From the NCBI RefSeq assembly GCF_009914755.1, contig NC_060948.1: 64,000 nt of DNA, one strand, 5' to 3'. Shown here piece after piece: positions 20,250-39,609 of the stretch. The position numbers and the translations under genes were made by a program. Source of the stretch: the human T2T-CHM13v2.0 reference genome, Homo sapiens. Numbering within the stretch: position 1 is the first letter of the stretch; every line of letters begins with the position of its first letter. The notes under the pieces were generated by a model. The model was not told where the DNA came from and did not search any database. It saw only the letters and a list, made by a program, of their open reading frames with translations.

Positions 20250-22354
20250 AGATCCATATTTTTTAAATGAAAAAAAATTTCAAAGGTACTCTGCTTGGTA
20301 CAATAATCAAATGTATAAACTGAGGAATAAAACATAAACATGAAACCTACTTATAACTGCATATGGAAAATACAGAGGATAATTTTTTAAATAATATATT
20401 TTGAAAGCCTTAACTAGTAATTTGAAGAGTTGGCATTTGAAAGGCCAGTATGAATATACCTTCAAAGCAGCAACACAGGTTCCCCATGAGAAAAAGCAAA
20501 CTCAGGGAAAATAAAACCACAAAGGTTCAATCTCTTCTGACCTTTGAAAGACACAGCACAGACAGTGGTCCTTAGGACGAAGAGCAGGAGACCCCTAATT
20601 CCGTCACCATGGCGATAGGGCATAAACACTGCTGGGTGAGGGCACAATCCACATTGTGAGGTCCAACTGCTGCCAGGAAGACAGGAGTGCTTTTACATAG
20701 ACCGAAAGATCATTGAAGGCTCAGAGTTTTGTTTCAAGAACTGAATCCCAAGCCCACACGTTATTAGGCTGCGCTTCTTAAAACAAGTTATGAGATGGGA
20801 AAAAGGGCACCCACAAACATACGTATACATTATGTATATAATAATATACAGTATCATATATATAATATATATAACCTATGTATAATATTGTTTTACATCC
20901 TGCATCTTATATTATATATATTGTATAAAATATAATAATTGATAATATATAAGTTTTATATTTATACAATATGACATATAGTATATATTATAATTTATGA
21001 CATATATAATATATGTTATATATCATATATTGAATATATTATACGGTTAATATACGTATTAAATATAAATTATACATTATATGTATTATATATAATATAT
21101 CTGCTATATATAATACCCATTATGCATAATATATATATTATGTCTATGTTATATATAGTATAAAACAACATATAATAATATATAATTGTATATATAAAAT
21201 GTGACATATAATATATATTATATTTTATGACATAGGTAATATATATTATATATTATATATAATACGTTGTATGTATAATAGCTATATTAAATATATATTA
21301 TATGACTATGTTATTAATTACATGTCACATATGTTATATATTATATATTTTACATAGAATATACCGGTTATATACAATATATACTATGTTACCTATAATG
21401 TATAATTTATTACATGTAAAATAAAGAATGCAATATATTATGTGTAATTTATAATATACAATATGTGGAATGTGATATATATAACATATAATATATGATA
21501 TATGATATACAGTATATGATATATAACATACAATATATGATACCTAATATATATGGTATACAATATATATTTTATGATATGTATTCTATATGTTTTATAT
21601 TCTGTTATATATAACTGTTTGAAATTATATATAACTGTATAATATTTTATGTAAATATGTAATATAATATATATAACTATATAATATATTATATATAACT
21701 ATATATTATGTTATATATACTTTTATAACTTTATTTACATAAAATATCATAGTATAATATATATTATATTACTTCATATTACATAATATATATTACATAT
21801 CACCCAATATAAGTAACATACATAATATTATAATATAGACTATATTATGTTATATTAAATATCATATATATCATGTATCATATATTCTATAATATGTATT
21901 ATACATTATATAATATGCATGTTGTCTATTATGTGATATATATAACTATATATATAATTATATTATTATACATATATCTAGATAAACATGTAATTCTACA
22001 TATTTTCATTTATAATATATAGAATTACATAATCATATATAATTATTTATATTCTATAAAAAATTATATCATTATATAAATTATAATATATAAAAATTAT
22101 AATATGTACTACAAATATATATATTATATATCATATATGATATAGTACCTTTGTTATATATCATAATACATATAAATGTGTATTATGTTATCTATAATTA
22201 TATAATTTCATATATAAGATGTATAATATTTATTATATATTATATATGTTATGTAATATATATAGTATATATAAGATGACACAGGATAAATATTATATAC
22301 TATGACATATAAGATATATGAGGTTATATGTTACATATAAGGCATAGCACATAA

Positions 22355-22669
<315 letters not shown>

Positions 22670-24774
22670 AGATCCATATTTTTTAAATGAAAAAAAATTT
22701 CAAAGGTACTCTGCTTGGTACAATAATCAAATGTATAAACTGAGGAATAAAACATAAACATGAAACCTACTTATAACTGCATATGGAAAATACAGAGGAT
22801 AATTTTTTAAATAATATATTTTGAAAGCCTTAACTAGTAATTTGAAGAGTTGGCATTTGAAAGGCCAGTATGAATATACCTTCAAAGCAGCAACACAGGT
22901 TCCCCATGAGAAAAAGCAAACTCAGGGAAAATAAAACCACAAAGGTTCAATCTCTTCTGACCTTTGAAAGACACAGCACAGACAGTGGTCCTTAGGACGA
23001 AGAGCAGGAGACCCCTAATTCCGTCACCATGGCGATAGGGCATAAACACTGCTGGGTGAGGGCACAATCCACATTGTGAGGTCCAACTGCTGCCAGGAAG
23101 ACAGGAGTGCTTTTACATAGACCGAAAGGTCATTGAAGGCTCAGAGTTTTGTTTCAAGAACTGAATCCCAAGCCCACACGTTATTAGGCTGCGCTTCTTA
23201 AAACAAGTTATGAGATGGGAAAAAGGGCACCCACAAACATACGTATACATTATGTATATAATAATATACAGTATCATATATATAATATATATAACCTATG
23301 TATAATATTGTTTTACATCCTGCATCTTATATTATATATATTGTATAAAATATAATAATTGATAATATATAAGTTTTATATTTATACAATATGACATATA
23401 GTATATATTATAATTTATGACATATATAATATATGTTATATATCATATATTGAATATATTATACGGTTAATATACGTATTAAATATAAATTATACATTAT
23501 ATGTATTATATATAATATATCTGCTATATATAATACCCATTATGCATAATATATATATTATGTCTATGTTATATATAGTATAAAACAACATATAATAATA
23601 TATAATTGTATATATAAAATGTGACATATAATATATATTATATTTTATGACATAGGTAATATATATTATATATTATATATAATACGTTGTATGTATAATA
23701 GCTATATTAAATATATATTATATGACTATGTTATTAATTACATGTCACATATGTTATATATTATATATTATACATAGAATATACCGGTTATATACAATAT
23801 ATACTATGTTACCTATAATGTATAATTTATTACATGTAAAATAAAGAATGCAATATATTATGTGTAATTTATAATATACAATATGTGGAATGTGATATAT
23901 ATAACATATAATATATGATATATGATATACAGTATATGATATATAACATACAATATATGATACCTAATATATATGGTATACAATATATATTTTATGATAT
24001 GTATTCTATATGTTTTATATTCTGTTATATATAACTGTTTGAAATTATATATAACTGTATAATATTTTATGTAAATATGTAATATAATATATATAACTAT
24101 ATAATATATTATATATAACTATATATTATGTTATATATACTTTTATAACTTTATTTACATAAAATATCATAGTATAATATATATTATATTACTTCATATT
24201 ACATAATATATATTACATATCACCCAATATAAGTAACATACATAATATTATAATATAGACTATATTATGTTATATTAAATATCATATATATCATGTATCA
24301 TATATTCTATAATATGTATTATACATTATATAATATGCATGTTGTCTATTATGTGATATATATAACTATATATATAATTATATTATTATACATATATCTA
24401 GATAAACATGTAATTCTACATATTTTCATTTATAATATATAGAATTACATAATCATATATAATTATTTATATTCTATAAAAAATTATATCATTATATAAA
24501 TTATAATATATAAAAATTATAATATGTACTACAAATATATATATTATATATCATATATGATATAGTACCTTTGTTATATATCATAATACATATAAATGTG
24601 TATTATGTTATCTATAATTATATAATTTCATATATAAGATGTATAATATTTATTGTATATTATATATGTTATGTAATATATATAGTATATATAAGATGAC
24701 ACAGGATAAATATTATATACTATGACATATAAGATATATGAGGTTATATGTTACATATAAGGCATAGCACATAA

Positions 24775-25089
<315 letters not shown>

Positions 25090-27194
25090 AGATCCATATT
25101 TTTTAAATGAAAAAAAATTTCAAAGGTACTCTGCTTGGTACAATAATCAAATGTATAAACTGAGGAATAAAACATAAACATGAAACCTACTTATAACTGC
25201 ATATGGAAAATACAGAGGATAATTTTTTAAATAATATATTTTGAAAGCCTTAACTAGTAATTTGAAGAGTTGGCATTTGAAAGGCCAGTATGAATATACC
25301 TTCAAAGCAGCAACACAGGTTCCCCATGAGAAAAAGCAAACTCAGGGAAAATAAAACCACAAAGGTTCAATCTCTTCTGACCTTTGAAAGACACAGCACA
25401 GACAGTGGTCCTTAGGACGAAGAGCAGGAGACCCCTAATTCCGTCACCATGGCGATAGGGCATAAACACTGCTGGGTGAGGGCACAATCCACATTGTGAG
25501 GTCCAACTGCTGCCAGGAAGACAGGAGTGCTTTTACATAGACCGAAAGGTCATTGAAGGCTCAGAGTTTTGTTTCAAGAACTGAATCCCAAGCCCACACG
25601 TTATTAGGCTGCGCTTCTTAAAACAAGTTATGAGATGGGAAAAAGGGCACCCACAAACATACGTATACATTATGTATATAATAATATACAGTATCATATA
25701 TATAATATATATAACCTATGTATAATATTGTTTTACATCCTGCATCTTATATTATATATATTGTATAAAATATAATAATTGATAATATATAAGTTTTATA
25801 TTTATACAATATGACATATAGTATATATTATAATTTATGACATATATAATATATGTTATATATCATATATTGAATATATTATACGGTTAATATACGTATT
25901 AAATATAAATTATACATTATATGTATTATATATAATATATCTGCTATATATAATACCCATTATGCATAATATATATATTATGTCTATGTTATATATAGTA
26001 TAAAACAACATATAATAATATATAATTGTATATATAAAATGTGACATATAATATATATTATATTTTATGACATAGGTAATATATATTATATATTATATAT
26101 AATACGTTGTATGTATAATAGCTATATTAAATATATATTATATGACTATGTTATTAATTACATGTCACATATGTTATATATTATATATTATACATAGAAT
26201 ATACCGGTTATATACAATATATACTATGTTACCTATAATGTATAATTTATTACATGTAAAATAAAGAATGCAATATATTATGTGTAATTTATAATATACA
26301 ATATGTGGAATGTGATATATATAACATATAATATATGATATATGATATACAGTATATGATATATAACATACAATATATGATACCTAATATATATGGTATA
26401 CAATATATATTTTATGATATGTATTCTATATGTTTTATATTCTGTTATATATAACTGTTTGAAATTATATATAACTGTATAATATTTTATGTAAATATGT
26501 AATATAATATATATAACTATATAATATATTATATATAACTATATATTATGTTATATATACTTTTATAACTTTATTTACATAAAATATCATAGTATAATAT
26601 ATATTATATTACTTCATATTACATAATATATATTACATATCACCCAATATAAGTAACATACATAATATTATAATATAGACTATATTATGTTATATTAAAT
26701 ATCATATATATCATGTATCATATATTCTATAATATGTATTATACATTATATAATATGCATGTTGTCTATTATGTGATATATATAACTATATATATAATTA
26801 TATTATTATACATATATCTAGATAAACATGTAATTCTACATATTTTCATTTATAATATATAGAATTACATAATCATATATAATTATTTATATTCTATAAA
26901 AAATTATATCATTATATAAATTATAATATATAAAAATTATAATATGTACTACAAATATATATATTATATATCATATATGATATAGTACCTTTGTTATATA
27001 TCATAATACATATAAATGTGTATTATGTTATCTATAATTATATAATTTCATATATAAGATGTATAATATTTATTATATATTATATATGTTATGTAATATA
27101 TATAGTATATATAAGATGACACAGGATAAATATTATATACTATGACATATAAGATATATGAGGTTATATGTTACATATAAGGCATAGCACATAA

Positions 27195-27509
<315 letters not shown>

Positions 27510-29614
27510 AGATCCATATTTTTTAAATGAAAAAAAATTTCAAAGGTACTCTGCTTGGTACAATAATCAAATGTATAAACTGAGGAATAAAACATAAACA
27601 TGAAACCTACTTATAACTGCATATGGAAAATACAGAGGATAATTTTTTAAATAATATATTTTGAAAGCCTTAACTAGTAATTTGAAGAGTTGGCATTTGA
27701 AAGGCCAGTATGAATATACCTTCAAAGCAGCAACACAGGTTCCCCATGAGAAAAAGCAAACTCAGGGAAAATAAAACCACAAAGGTTCAATCTCTTCTGA
27801 CCTTTGAAAGACACAGCACAGACAGTGGTCCTTAGGACGAAGAGCAGGAGACCCCTAATTCCGTCACCATGGCGATAGGGCATAAACACTGCTGGGTGAG
27901 GGCACAATCCACATTGTGAGGTCCAACTGCTGCCAGGAAGACAGGAGTGCTTTTACATAGACCGAAAGGTCATTGAAGGCTCAGAGTTTTGTTTCAAGAA
28001 CTGAATCCCAAGCCCACACGTTATTAGGCTGCGCTTCTTAAAACAAGTTATGAGATGGGAAAAAGGGCACCCACAAACATACGTATACATTATGTATATA
28101 ATAATATACAGTATCATATATATAATATATATAACCTATGTATAATATTGTTTTACATCCTGCATCTTATATTATATATATTGTATAAAATATAATAATT
28201 GATAATATATAAGTTTTATATTTATACAATATGACATATAGTATATATTATAATTTATGACATATATAATATATGTTATATATCATATATTGAATATATT
28301 ATACGGTTAATATACGTATTAAATATAAATTATACATTATATGTATTATATATAATATATCTGCTATATATAATACCCATTATGCATAATATATATATTA
28401 TGTCTATGTTATATATAGTATAAAACAACATATAATAATATATAATTGTATATATAAAATGTGACATATAATATATATTATATTTTATGACATAGGTAAT
28501 ATATATTATATATTATATATAATACGTTGTATGTATAATAGCTATATTAAATATATATTATATGACTATGTTATTAATTACATGTCACATATGTTATATA
28601 TTATATATTATACATAGAATATACCGGTTATATACAATATATACTATGTTACCTATAATGTATAATTTATTACATGTAAAATAAAGAATGCAATATATTA
28701 TGTGTAATTTATAATATACAATATGTGGAATGTGATATATATAACATATAATATATGATATATGATATACAGTATATGATATATAACATACAATATATGA
28801 TACCTAATATATATGGTATACAATATATATTTTATGATATGTATTCTATATGTTTTATATTCTGTTATATATAACTGTTTGAAATTATATATAACTGTAT
28901 AATATTTTATGTAAATATGTAATATAATATATATAACTATATAATATATTATATATAACTATATATTATGTTATATATACTTTTATAACTTTATTTACAT
29001 AAAATATCATAGTATAATATATATTATATTACTTCATATTACATAATATATATTACATATCACCCAATATAAGTAACATACATAATATTATAATATAGAC
29101 TATATTATGTTATATTAAATATCATATATATCATGTATCATATATTCTATAATATGTATTATACATTATATAATATGCATGTTGTCTATTATGTGATATA
29201 TATAACTATATATATAATTATATTATTATACATATATCTAGATAAACATGTAATTCTACATATTTTCATTTATAATATATAGAATTACATAATCATATAT
29301 AATTATTTATATTCTATAAAAAATTATATCATTATATAAATTATAATATATAAAAATTATAATATGTACTACAAATATATATATTATATATCATATATGA
29401 TATAGTACCTTTGTTATATATCATAATACATATAAATGTGTATTATGTTATCTATAATTATATAATTTCATATATAAGATGTATAATATTTATTGTATAT
29501 TATATATGTTATGTAATATATATAGTATATATAAGATGACACAGGATAAATATTATATACTATGACATATAAGATATATGAGGTTATATGTTACATATAA
29601 GGCATAGCACATAA

Positions 29615-29929
<315 letters not shown>

Positions 29930-32034
29930 AGATCCATATTTTTTAAATGAAAAAAAATTTCAAAGGTACTCTGCTTGGTACAATAATCAAATGTATAAAC
30001 TGAGGAATAAAACATAAACATGAAACCTACTTATAACTGCATATGGAAAATACAGAGGATAATTTTTTAAATAATATATTTTGAAAGCCTTAACTAGTAA
30101 TTTGAAGAGTTGGCATTTGAAAGGCCAGTATGAATATACCTTCAAAGCAGCAACACAGGTTCCCCATGAGAAAAAGCAAACTCAGGGAAAATAAAACCAC
30201 AAAGGTTCAATCTCTTCTGACCTTTGAAAGACACAGCACAGACAGTGGTCCTTAGGACGAAGAGCAGGAGACCCCTAATTCCGTCACCATGGCGATAGGG
30301 CATAAACACTGCTGGGTGAGGGCACAATCCACATTGTGAGGTCCAACTGCTGCCAGGAAGACAGGAGTGCTTTTACATAGACCGAAAGGTCATTGAAGGC
30401 TCAGAGTTTTGTTTCAAGAACTGAATCCCAAGCCCACACGTTATTAGGCTGCGCTTCTTAAAACAAGTTATGAGATGGGAAAAAGGGCACCCACAAACAT
30501 ACGTATACATTATGTATATAATAATATACAGTATCATATATATAATATATATAACCTATGTATAATATTGTTTTACATCCTGCATCTTATATTATATATA
30601 TTGTATAAAATATAATAATTGATAATATATAAGTTTTATATTTATACAATATGACATATAGTATATATTATAATTTATGACATATATAATATATGTTATA
30701 TATCATATATTGAATATATTATACGGTTAATATACGTATTAAATATAAATTATACATTATATGTATTATATATAATATATCTGCTATATATAATACCCAT
30801 TATGCATAATATATATATTATGTCTATGTTATATATAGTATAAAACAACATATAATAATATATAATTGTATATATAAAATGTGACATATAATATATATTA
30901 TATTTTATGACATAGGTAATATATATTATATATTATATATAATACGTTGTATGTATAATAGCTATATTAAATATATATTATATGACTATGTTATTAATTA
31001 CATGTCACATATGTTATATATTATATATTATACATAGAATATACCGGTTATATACAATATATACTATGTTACCTATAATGTATAATTTATTACATGTAAA
31101 ATAAAGAATGCAATATATTATGTGTAATTTATAATATACAATATGTGGAATGTGATATATATAACATATAATATATGATATATGATATACAGTATATGAT
31201 ATATAACATACAATATATGATACCTAATATATATGGTATACAATATATATTTTATGATATGTATTCTATATGTTTTATATTCTGTTATATATAACTGTTT
31301 GAAATTATATATAACTGTATAATATTTTATGTAAATATGTAATATAATATATATAACTATATAATATATTATATATAACTATATATTATGTTATATATAC
31401 TTTTATAACTTTATTTACATAAAATATCATAGTATAATATATATTATATTACTTCATATTACATAATATATATTACATATCACCCAATATAAGTAACATA
31501 CATAATATTATAATATAGACTATATTATGTTATATTAAATATCATATATATCATGTATCATATATTCTATAATATGTATTATACATTATATAATATGCAT
31601 GTTGTCTATTATGTGATATATATAACTATATATATAATTATATTATTATACATATATCTAGATAAACATGTAATTCTACATATTTTCATTTATAATATAT
31701 AGAATTACATAATCATATATAATTATTTATATTCTATAAAAAATTATATCATTATATAAATTATAATATATAAAAATTATAATATGTACTACAAATATAT
31801 ATATTATATATCATATATGATATAGTACCTTTGTTATATATCATAATACATATAAATGTGTATTATGTTATCTATAATTATATAATTTCATATATAAGAT
31901 GTATAATATTTATTATATATTATATATGTTATGTAATATATATAGTATATATAAGATGACACAGGATAAATATTATATACTATGACATATAAGATATATG
32001 AGGTTATATGTTACATATAAGGCATAGCACATAA

Positions 32035-32349
<315 letters not shown>

Positions 32350-34454
32350 AGATCCATATTTTTTAAATGAAAAAAAATTTCAAAGGTACTCTGCTTGGTA
32401 CAATAATCAAATGTATAAACTGAGGAATAAAACATAAACATGAAACCTACTTATAACTGCATATGGAAAATACAGAGGATAATTTTTTAAATAATATATT
32501 TTGAAAGCCTTAACTAGTAATTTGAAGAGTTGGCATTTGAAAGGCCAGTATGAATATACCTTCAAAGCAGCAACACAGGTTCCCCATGAGAAAAAGCAAA
32601 CTCAGGGAAAATAAAACCACAAAGGTTCAATCTCTTCTGACCTTTGAAAGACACAGCACAGACAGTGGTCCTTAGGACGAAGAGCAGGAGACCCCTAATT
32701 CCGTCACCATGGCGATAGGGTATAAACACTGCTGGGTGAGGGCACAATCCACATTGTGAGGTCCAACTGCTGCCAGGAAGACAGGAGTGCTTTTACATAG
32801 ACCGAAAGGTCATTGAAGGCTCAGAGTTTTGTTTCAAGAACTGAATCCCAAGCCCACACGTTATTAGGCTGCGCTTCTTAAAACAAGTTATGAGATGGGA
32901 AAAAGGGCACCCACAAACATACGTATACATTATGTATATAATAATATACAGTATCATATATATAATATATATAACCTATGTATAATATTGTTTTACATCC
33001 TGCATCTTATATTATATATATTGTATAAAATATAATAATTGATAATATATAAGTTTTATATTTATACAATATGACATATAGTATATATTATAATTTATGA
33101 CATATATAATATATGTTATATATCATATATTGAATATATTATACGGTTAATATACGTATTAAATATAAATTATACATTATATGTATTATATATAATATAT
33201 CTGCTATATATAATACCCATTATGCATAATATATATATTATGTCTATGTTATATATAGTATAAAACAACATATAATAATATATAATTGTATATATAAAAT
33301 GTGACATATAATATATATTATATTTTATGACATAGGTAATATATATTATATATTATATATAATACGTTGTATGTATAATAGCTATATTAAATATATATTA
33401 TATGACTATGTTATTAATTACATGTCACATATGTTATATATTATATATTATACATAGAATATACCGGTTATATACAATATATACTATGTTACCTATAATG
33501 TATAATTTATTACATGTAAAATAAAGAATGCAATATATTATGTGTAATTTATAATATACAATATGTGGAATGTGATATATATAACATATAATATATGATA
33601 TATGATATACAGTATATGATATATAACATACAATATATGATACCTAATATATATGGTATACAATATATATTTTATGATATGTATTCTATATGTTTTATAT
33701 TCTGTTATATATAACTGTTTGAAATTATATATAACTGTATAATATTTTATGTAAATATGTAATATAATATATATAACTATATAATATATTATATATAACT
33801 ATATATTATGTTATATATACTTTTATAACTTTATTTACATAAAATATCATAGTATAATATATATTATATTACTTCATATTACATAATATATATTACATAT
33901 CACCCAATATAAGTAACATACATAATATTATAATATAGACTATATTATGTTATATTAAATATCATATATATCATGTATCATATATTCTATAATATGTATT
34001 ATACATTATATAATATGCATGTTGTCTATTATGTGATATATATAACTATATATATAATTATATTATTATACATATATCTAGATAAACATGTAATTCTACA
34101 TATTTTCATTTATAATATATAGAATTACATAATCATATATAATTATTTATATTCTATAAAAAATTATATCATTATATAAATTATAATATATAAAAATTAT
34201 AATATGTACTACAAATATATATATTATATATCATATATGATATAGTACCTTTGTTATATATCATAATACATATAAATGTGTATTATGATATCTATAATTA
34301 TATAATTTCATATATAAGATGTATAATATTTATTATATATTATATATGTTATGTAATATATATAGTATATATAAGATGACACAGGATAAATATTATATAC
34401 TATGACATATAAGATATATGAGGTTATATGTTACATATAAGGCATAGCACATAA

Positions 34455-34769
<315 letters not shown>

Positions 34770-36874
34770 AGATCCATATTTTTTAAATGAAAAAAAATTT
34801 CAAAGGTACTCTGCTTGGTACAATAATCAAATGTATAAACTGAGGAATAAAACATAAACATGAAACCTACTTATAACTGCATATGGAAAATACAGAGGAT
34901 AATTTTTTAAATAATATATTTTGAAAGCCTTAACTAGTAATTTGAAGAGTTGGCATTTGAAAGGCCAGTATGAATATACCTTCAAAGCAGCAACACAGGT
35001 TCCCCATGAGAAAAAGCAAACTCAGGGAAAATAAAACCACAAAGGTTCAATCTCTTCTGACCTTTGAAAGACACAGCACAGACAGTGGTCCTTAGGACGA
35101 AGAGCAGGAGACCCCTAATTCCGTCACCATGGCGATAGGGCATAAACACTGCTGGGTGAGGGCACAATCCACATTGTGAGGTCCAACTGCTGCCAGGAAG
35201 ACAGGAGTGCTTTTACATAGACCGAAAGGTCATTGAAGGCTCAGAGTTTTGTTTCAAGAACTGAATCCCAAGCCCACACGTTATTAGGCTGCGCTTCTTA
35301 AAACAAGTTATGAGATGGGAAAAAGGGCACCCACAAACATACGTATACATTATGTATATAATAATATACAGTATCATATATATAATATATATAACCTATG
35401 TATAATATTGTTTTACATCCTGCATCTTATATTATATATATTGTATAAAATATAATAATTGATAATATATAAGTTTTATATTTATACAATATGACATATA
35501 GTATATATTATAATTTATGACATATATAATATATGTTATATATCATATATTGAATATATTATACGGTTAATATACGTATTAAATATAAATTATACATTAT
35601 ATGTATTATATATAATATATCTGCTATATATAATACCCATTATGCATAATATATATATTATGTCTATGTTATATATAGTATAAAACAACATATAATAATA
35701 TATAATTGTATATATAAAATGTGACATATAATATATATTATATTTTATGACATAGGTAATATATATTATATATTATATATAATACGTTGTATGTATAATA
35801 GCTATATTAAATATATATTATATGACTATGTTATTAATTACATGTCACATATGTTATATATTATATATTATACATAGAATATACCGGTTATATACAATAT
35901 ATACTATGTTACCTATAATGTATAATTTATTACATGTAAAATAAAGAATGCAATATATTATGTGTAATTTATAATATACAATATGTGGAATGTGATATAT
36001 ATAACATATAATATATGATATATGATATACAGTATATGATATATAACATACAATATATGATACCTAATATATATGGTATACAATATATATTTTATGATAT
36101 GTATTCTATATGTTTTATATTCTGTTATATATAACTGTTTGAAATTATATATAACTGTATAATATTTTATGTAAATATGTAATATAATATATATAACTAT
36201 ATAATATATTATATATAACTATATATTATGTTATATATACTTTTATAACTTTATTTACATAAAATATCATAGTATAATATATATTATATTACTTCATATT
36301 ACATAATATATATTACATATCACCCAATATAAGTAACATACATAATATTATAATATAGACTATATTATGTTATATTAAATATCATATATATCATGTATCA
36401 TATATTCTATAATATGTATTATACATTATATAATATGCATGTTGTCTATTATGTGATATATATAACTATATATATAATTATATTATTATACATATATCTA
36501 GATAAACATGTAATTCTACATATTTTCATTTATAATATATAGAATTACATAATCATATATAATTATTTATATTCTATAAAAAATTATATCATTATATAAA
36601 TTATAATATATAAAAATTATAATATGTACTACAAATATATATATTATATATCATATATGATATAGTACCTTTGTTATATATCATAATACATATAAATGTG
36701 TATTATGTTATCTATAATTATATAATTTCATATATAAGATGTATAATATGTATCATATATTATATATGTTATGTAATATATATAGTGTATATAAGATGAC
36801 ACAGGATAAATATTATATACTATGACATATAAGATATATGAGGTTATATGTTACATATAAGGCATAGCACATAA

Positions 36875-37189
<315 letters not shown>

Positions 37190-39294
37190 AGATCCATATT
37201 TTTTAAATGAAAAAAAATTTCAAAGGTACTCTGCTTGGTACAATAATCAAATGTATAAACTGAGGAATAAAACATAAACATGAAACCTACTTATAACTGC
37301 ATATGGAAAATACAGAGGATAATTTTTTAAATAATATATTTTGAAAGCCTTAACTAGTAATTTGAAGAGTTGGCATTTGAAAGGCCAGTATGAATATACC
37401 TTCAAAGCAGCAACACAGGTTCCCCATGAGAAAAAGCAAACTCAGGGAAAATAAAACCACAAAGGTTCAATCTCTTCTGACCTTTGAAAGACACAGCACA
37501 GACAGTGGTCCTTAGGACGAAGAGCAGGAGACCCCTAATTCCGTCACCATGGCGATAGGGCATAAACACTGCTGGGTGAGGGCACAATCCACATTGTGAG
37601 GTCCAACTGCTGCCAGGAAGACAGGAGTGCTTTTACATAGACCGAAAGGTCATTGAAGGCTCAGAGTTTTGTTTCAAGAACTGAATCCCAAGCCCACACG
37701 TTATTAGGCTGCGCTTCTTAAAACAAGTTATGAGATGGGAAAAAGGGCACCCACAAACATACGTATACATTATGTATATAATAATATACAGTATCATATA
37801 TATAATATATATAACCTATGTATAATATTGTTTTACATCCTGCATCTTATATTAAATATATTGTATAAAATATAATAATTGATAATATATAAGTTTTATA
37901 TTTATACAATATGACATATAGTATATATTATAATTTATGACATATATAATATATGTTATATATCATATATTGAATATATTATACGGTTAATATACGTATT
38001 AAATATAAATTATACATTATATGTATTATATATAATATATCTGCTATATATAATACCCATTATGCATAATATATATATTATGTCTATGTTATATATAGTA
38101 TAAAACAACATATAATAATATATAATTGTATATATAAAATGTGACATATAATATATATTATATTTTATGACATAGGTAATATATATTATATATTATATAT
38201 AATACGTTGTATGTATAATAGCTATATTAAATATATATTATATGACTATGTTATTAATTACATGTCACATATGTTATATATTATATATTATACATAGAAT
38301 ATACCGGTTATATACAATATATACTATGTTACCTATAATGTATAATTTATTACATGTAAAATAAAGAATGCAATATATTATGTGTAATTTATAATATACA
38401 ATATGTGGAATGTGATATATATAACATATAATATATGATATATGATATACAGTATATGATATATAACATACAATATATGATACCTAATATATATGGTATA
38501 CAATATATATTTTATGATATGTATTCTATATGTTTTATATTCTGTTATATATAACTGTTTGAAATTATATATAACTGTATAATATTTTATGTAAATATGT
38601 AATATAATATATATAACTATATAATATATTATATATAACTATATATTATGTTATATATACTTTTATAACTTTATTTACATAAAATATCATAGTATAATAT
38701 ATATTATATTACTTCATATTACATAATATATATTACATATCACCCAATATAAGTAACATACATAATATTATAATATAGACTATATTATGTTATATTAAAT
38801 ATCATATATATCATGTATCATATATTCTATAATATGTATTATACATTATATAATATGCATGTTGTCTATTATGTGATATATATAACTATATATATAATTA
38901 TATTATTATACATATATCTAGATAAACATGTAATTCTACATATTTTCATTTATAATATATAGAATTACATAATCATATATAATTATTTATATTCTATAAA
39001 AAATTATATCATTATATAAATTATAATATATAAAAATTATAATATGTACTACAAATATATATATTATATATCATATATGATATAGTACCTTTGTTATATA
39101 TCATAATACATATAAATGTGTATTATGTTATCTATAATTATATAATTTCATATATAAGATGTATAATATTTATTATATATTATATATGTTATGTAATATA
39201 TATAGTATATATAAGATGACACAGGATAAATATTATATACTATGACATATAAGATATATGAGGTTATATGTTACATATAAGGCATAGCACATAA

Positions 39295-39609
<315 letters not shown>

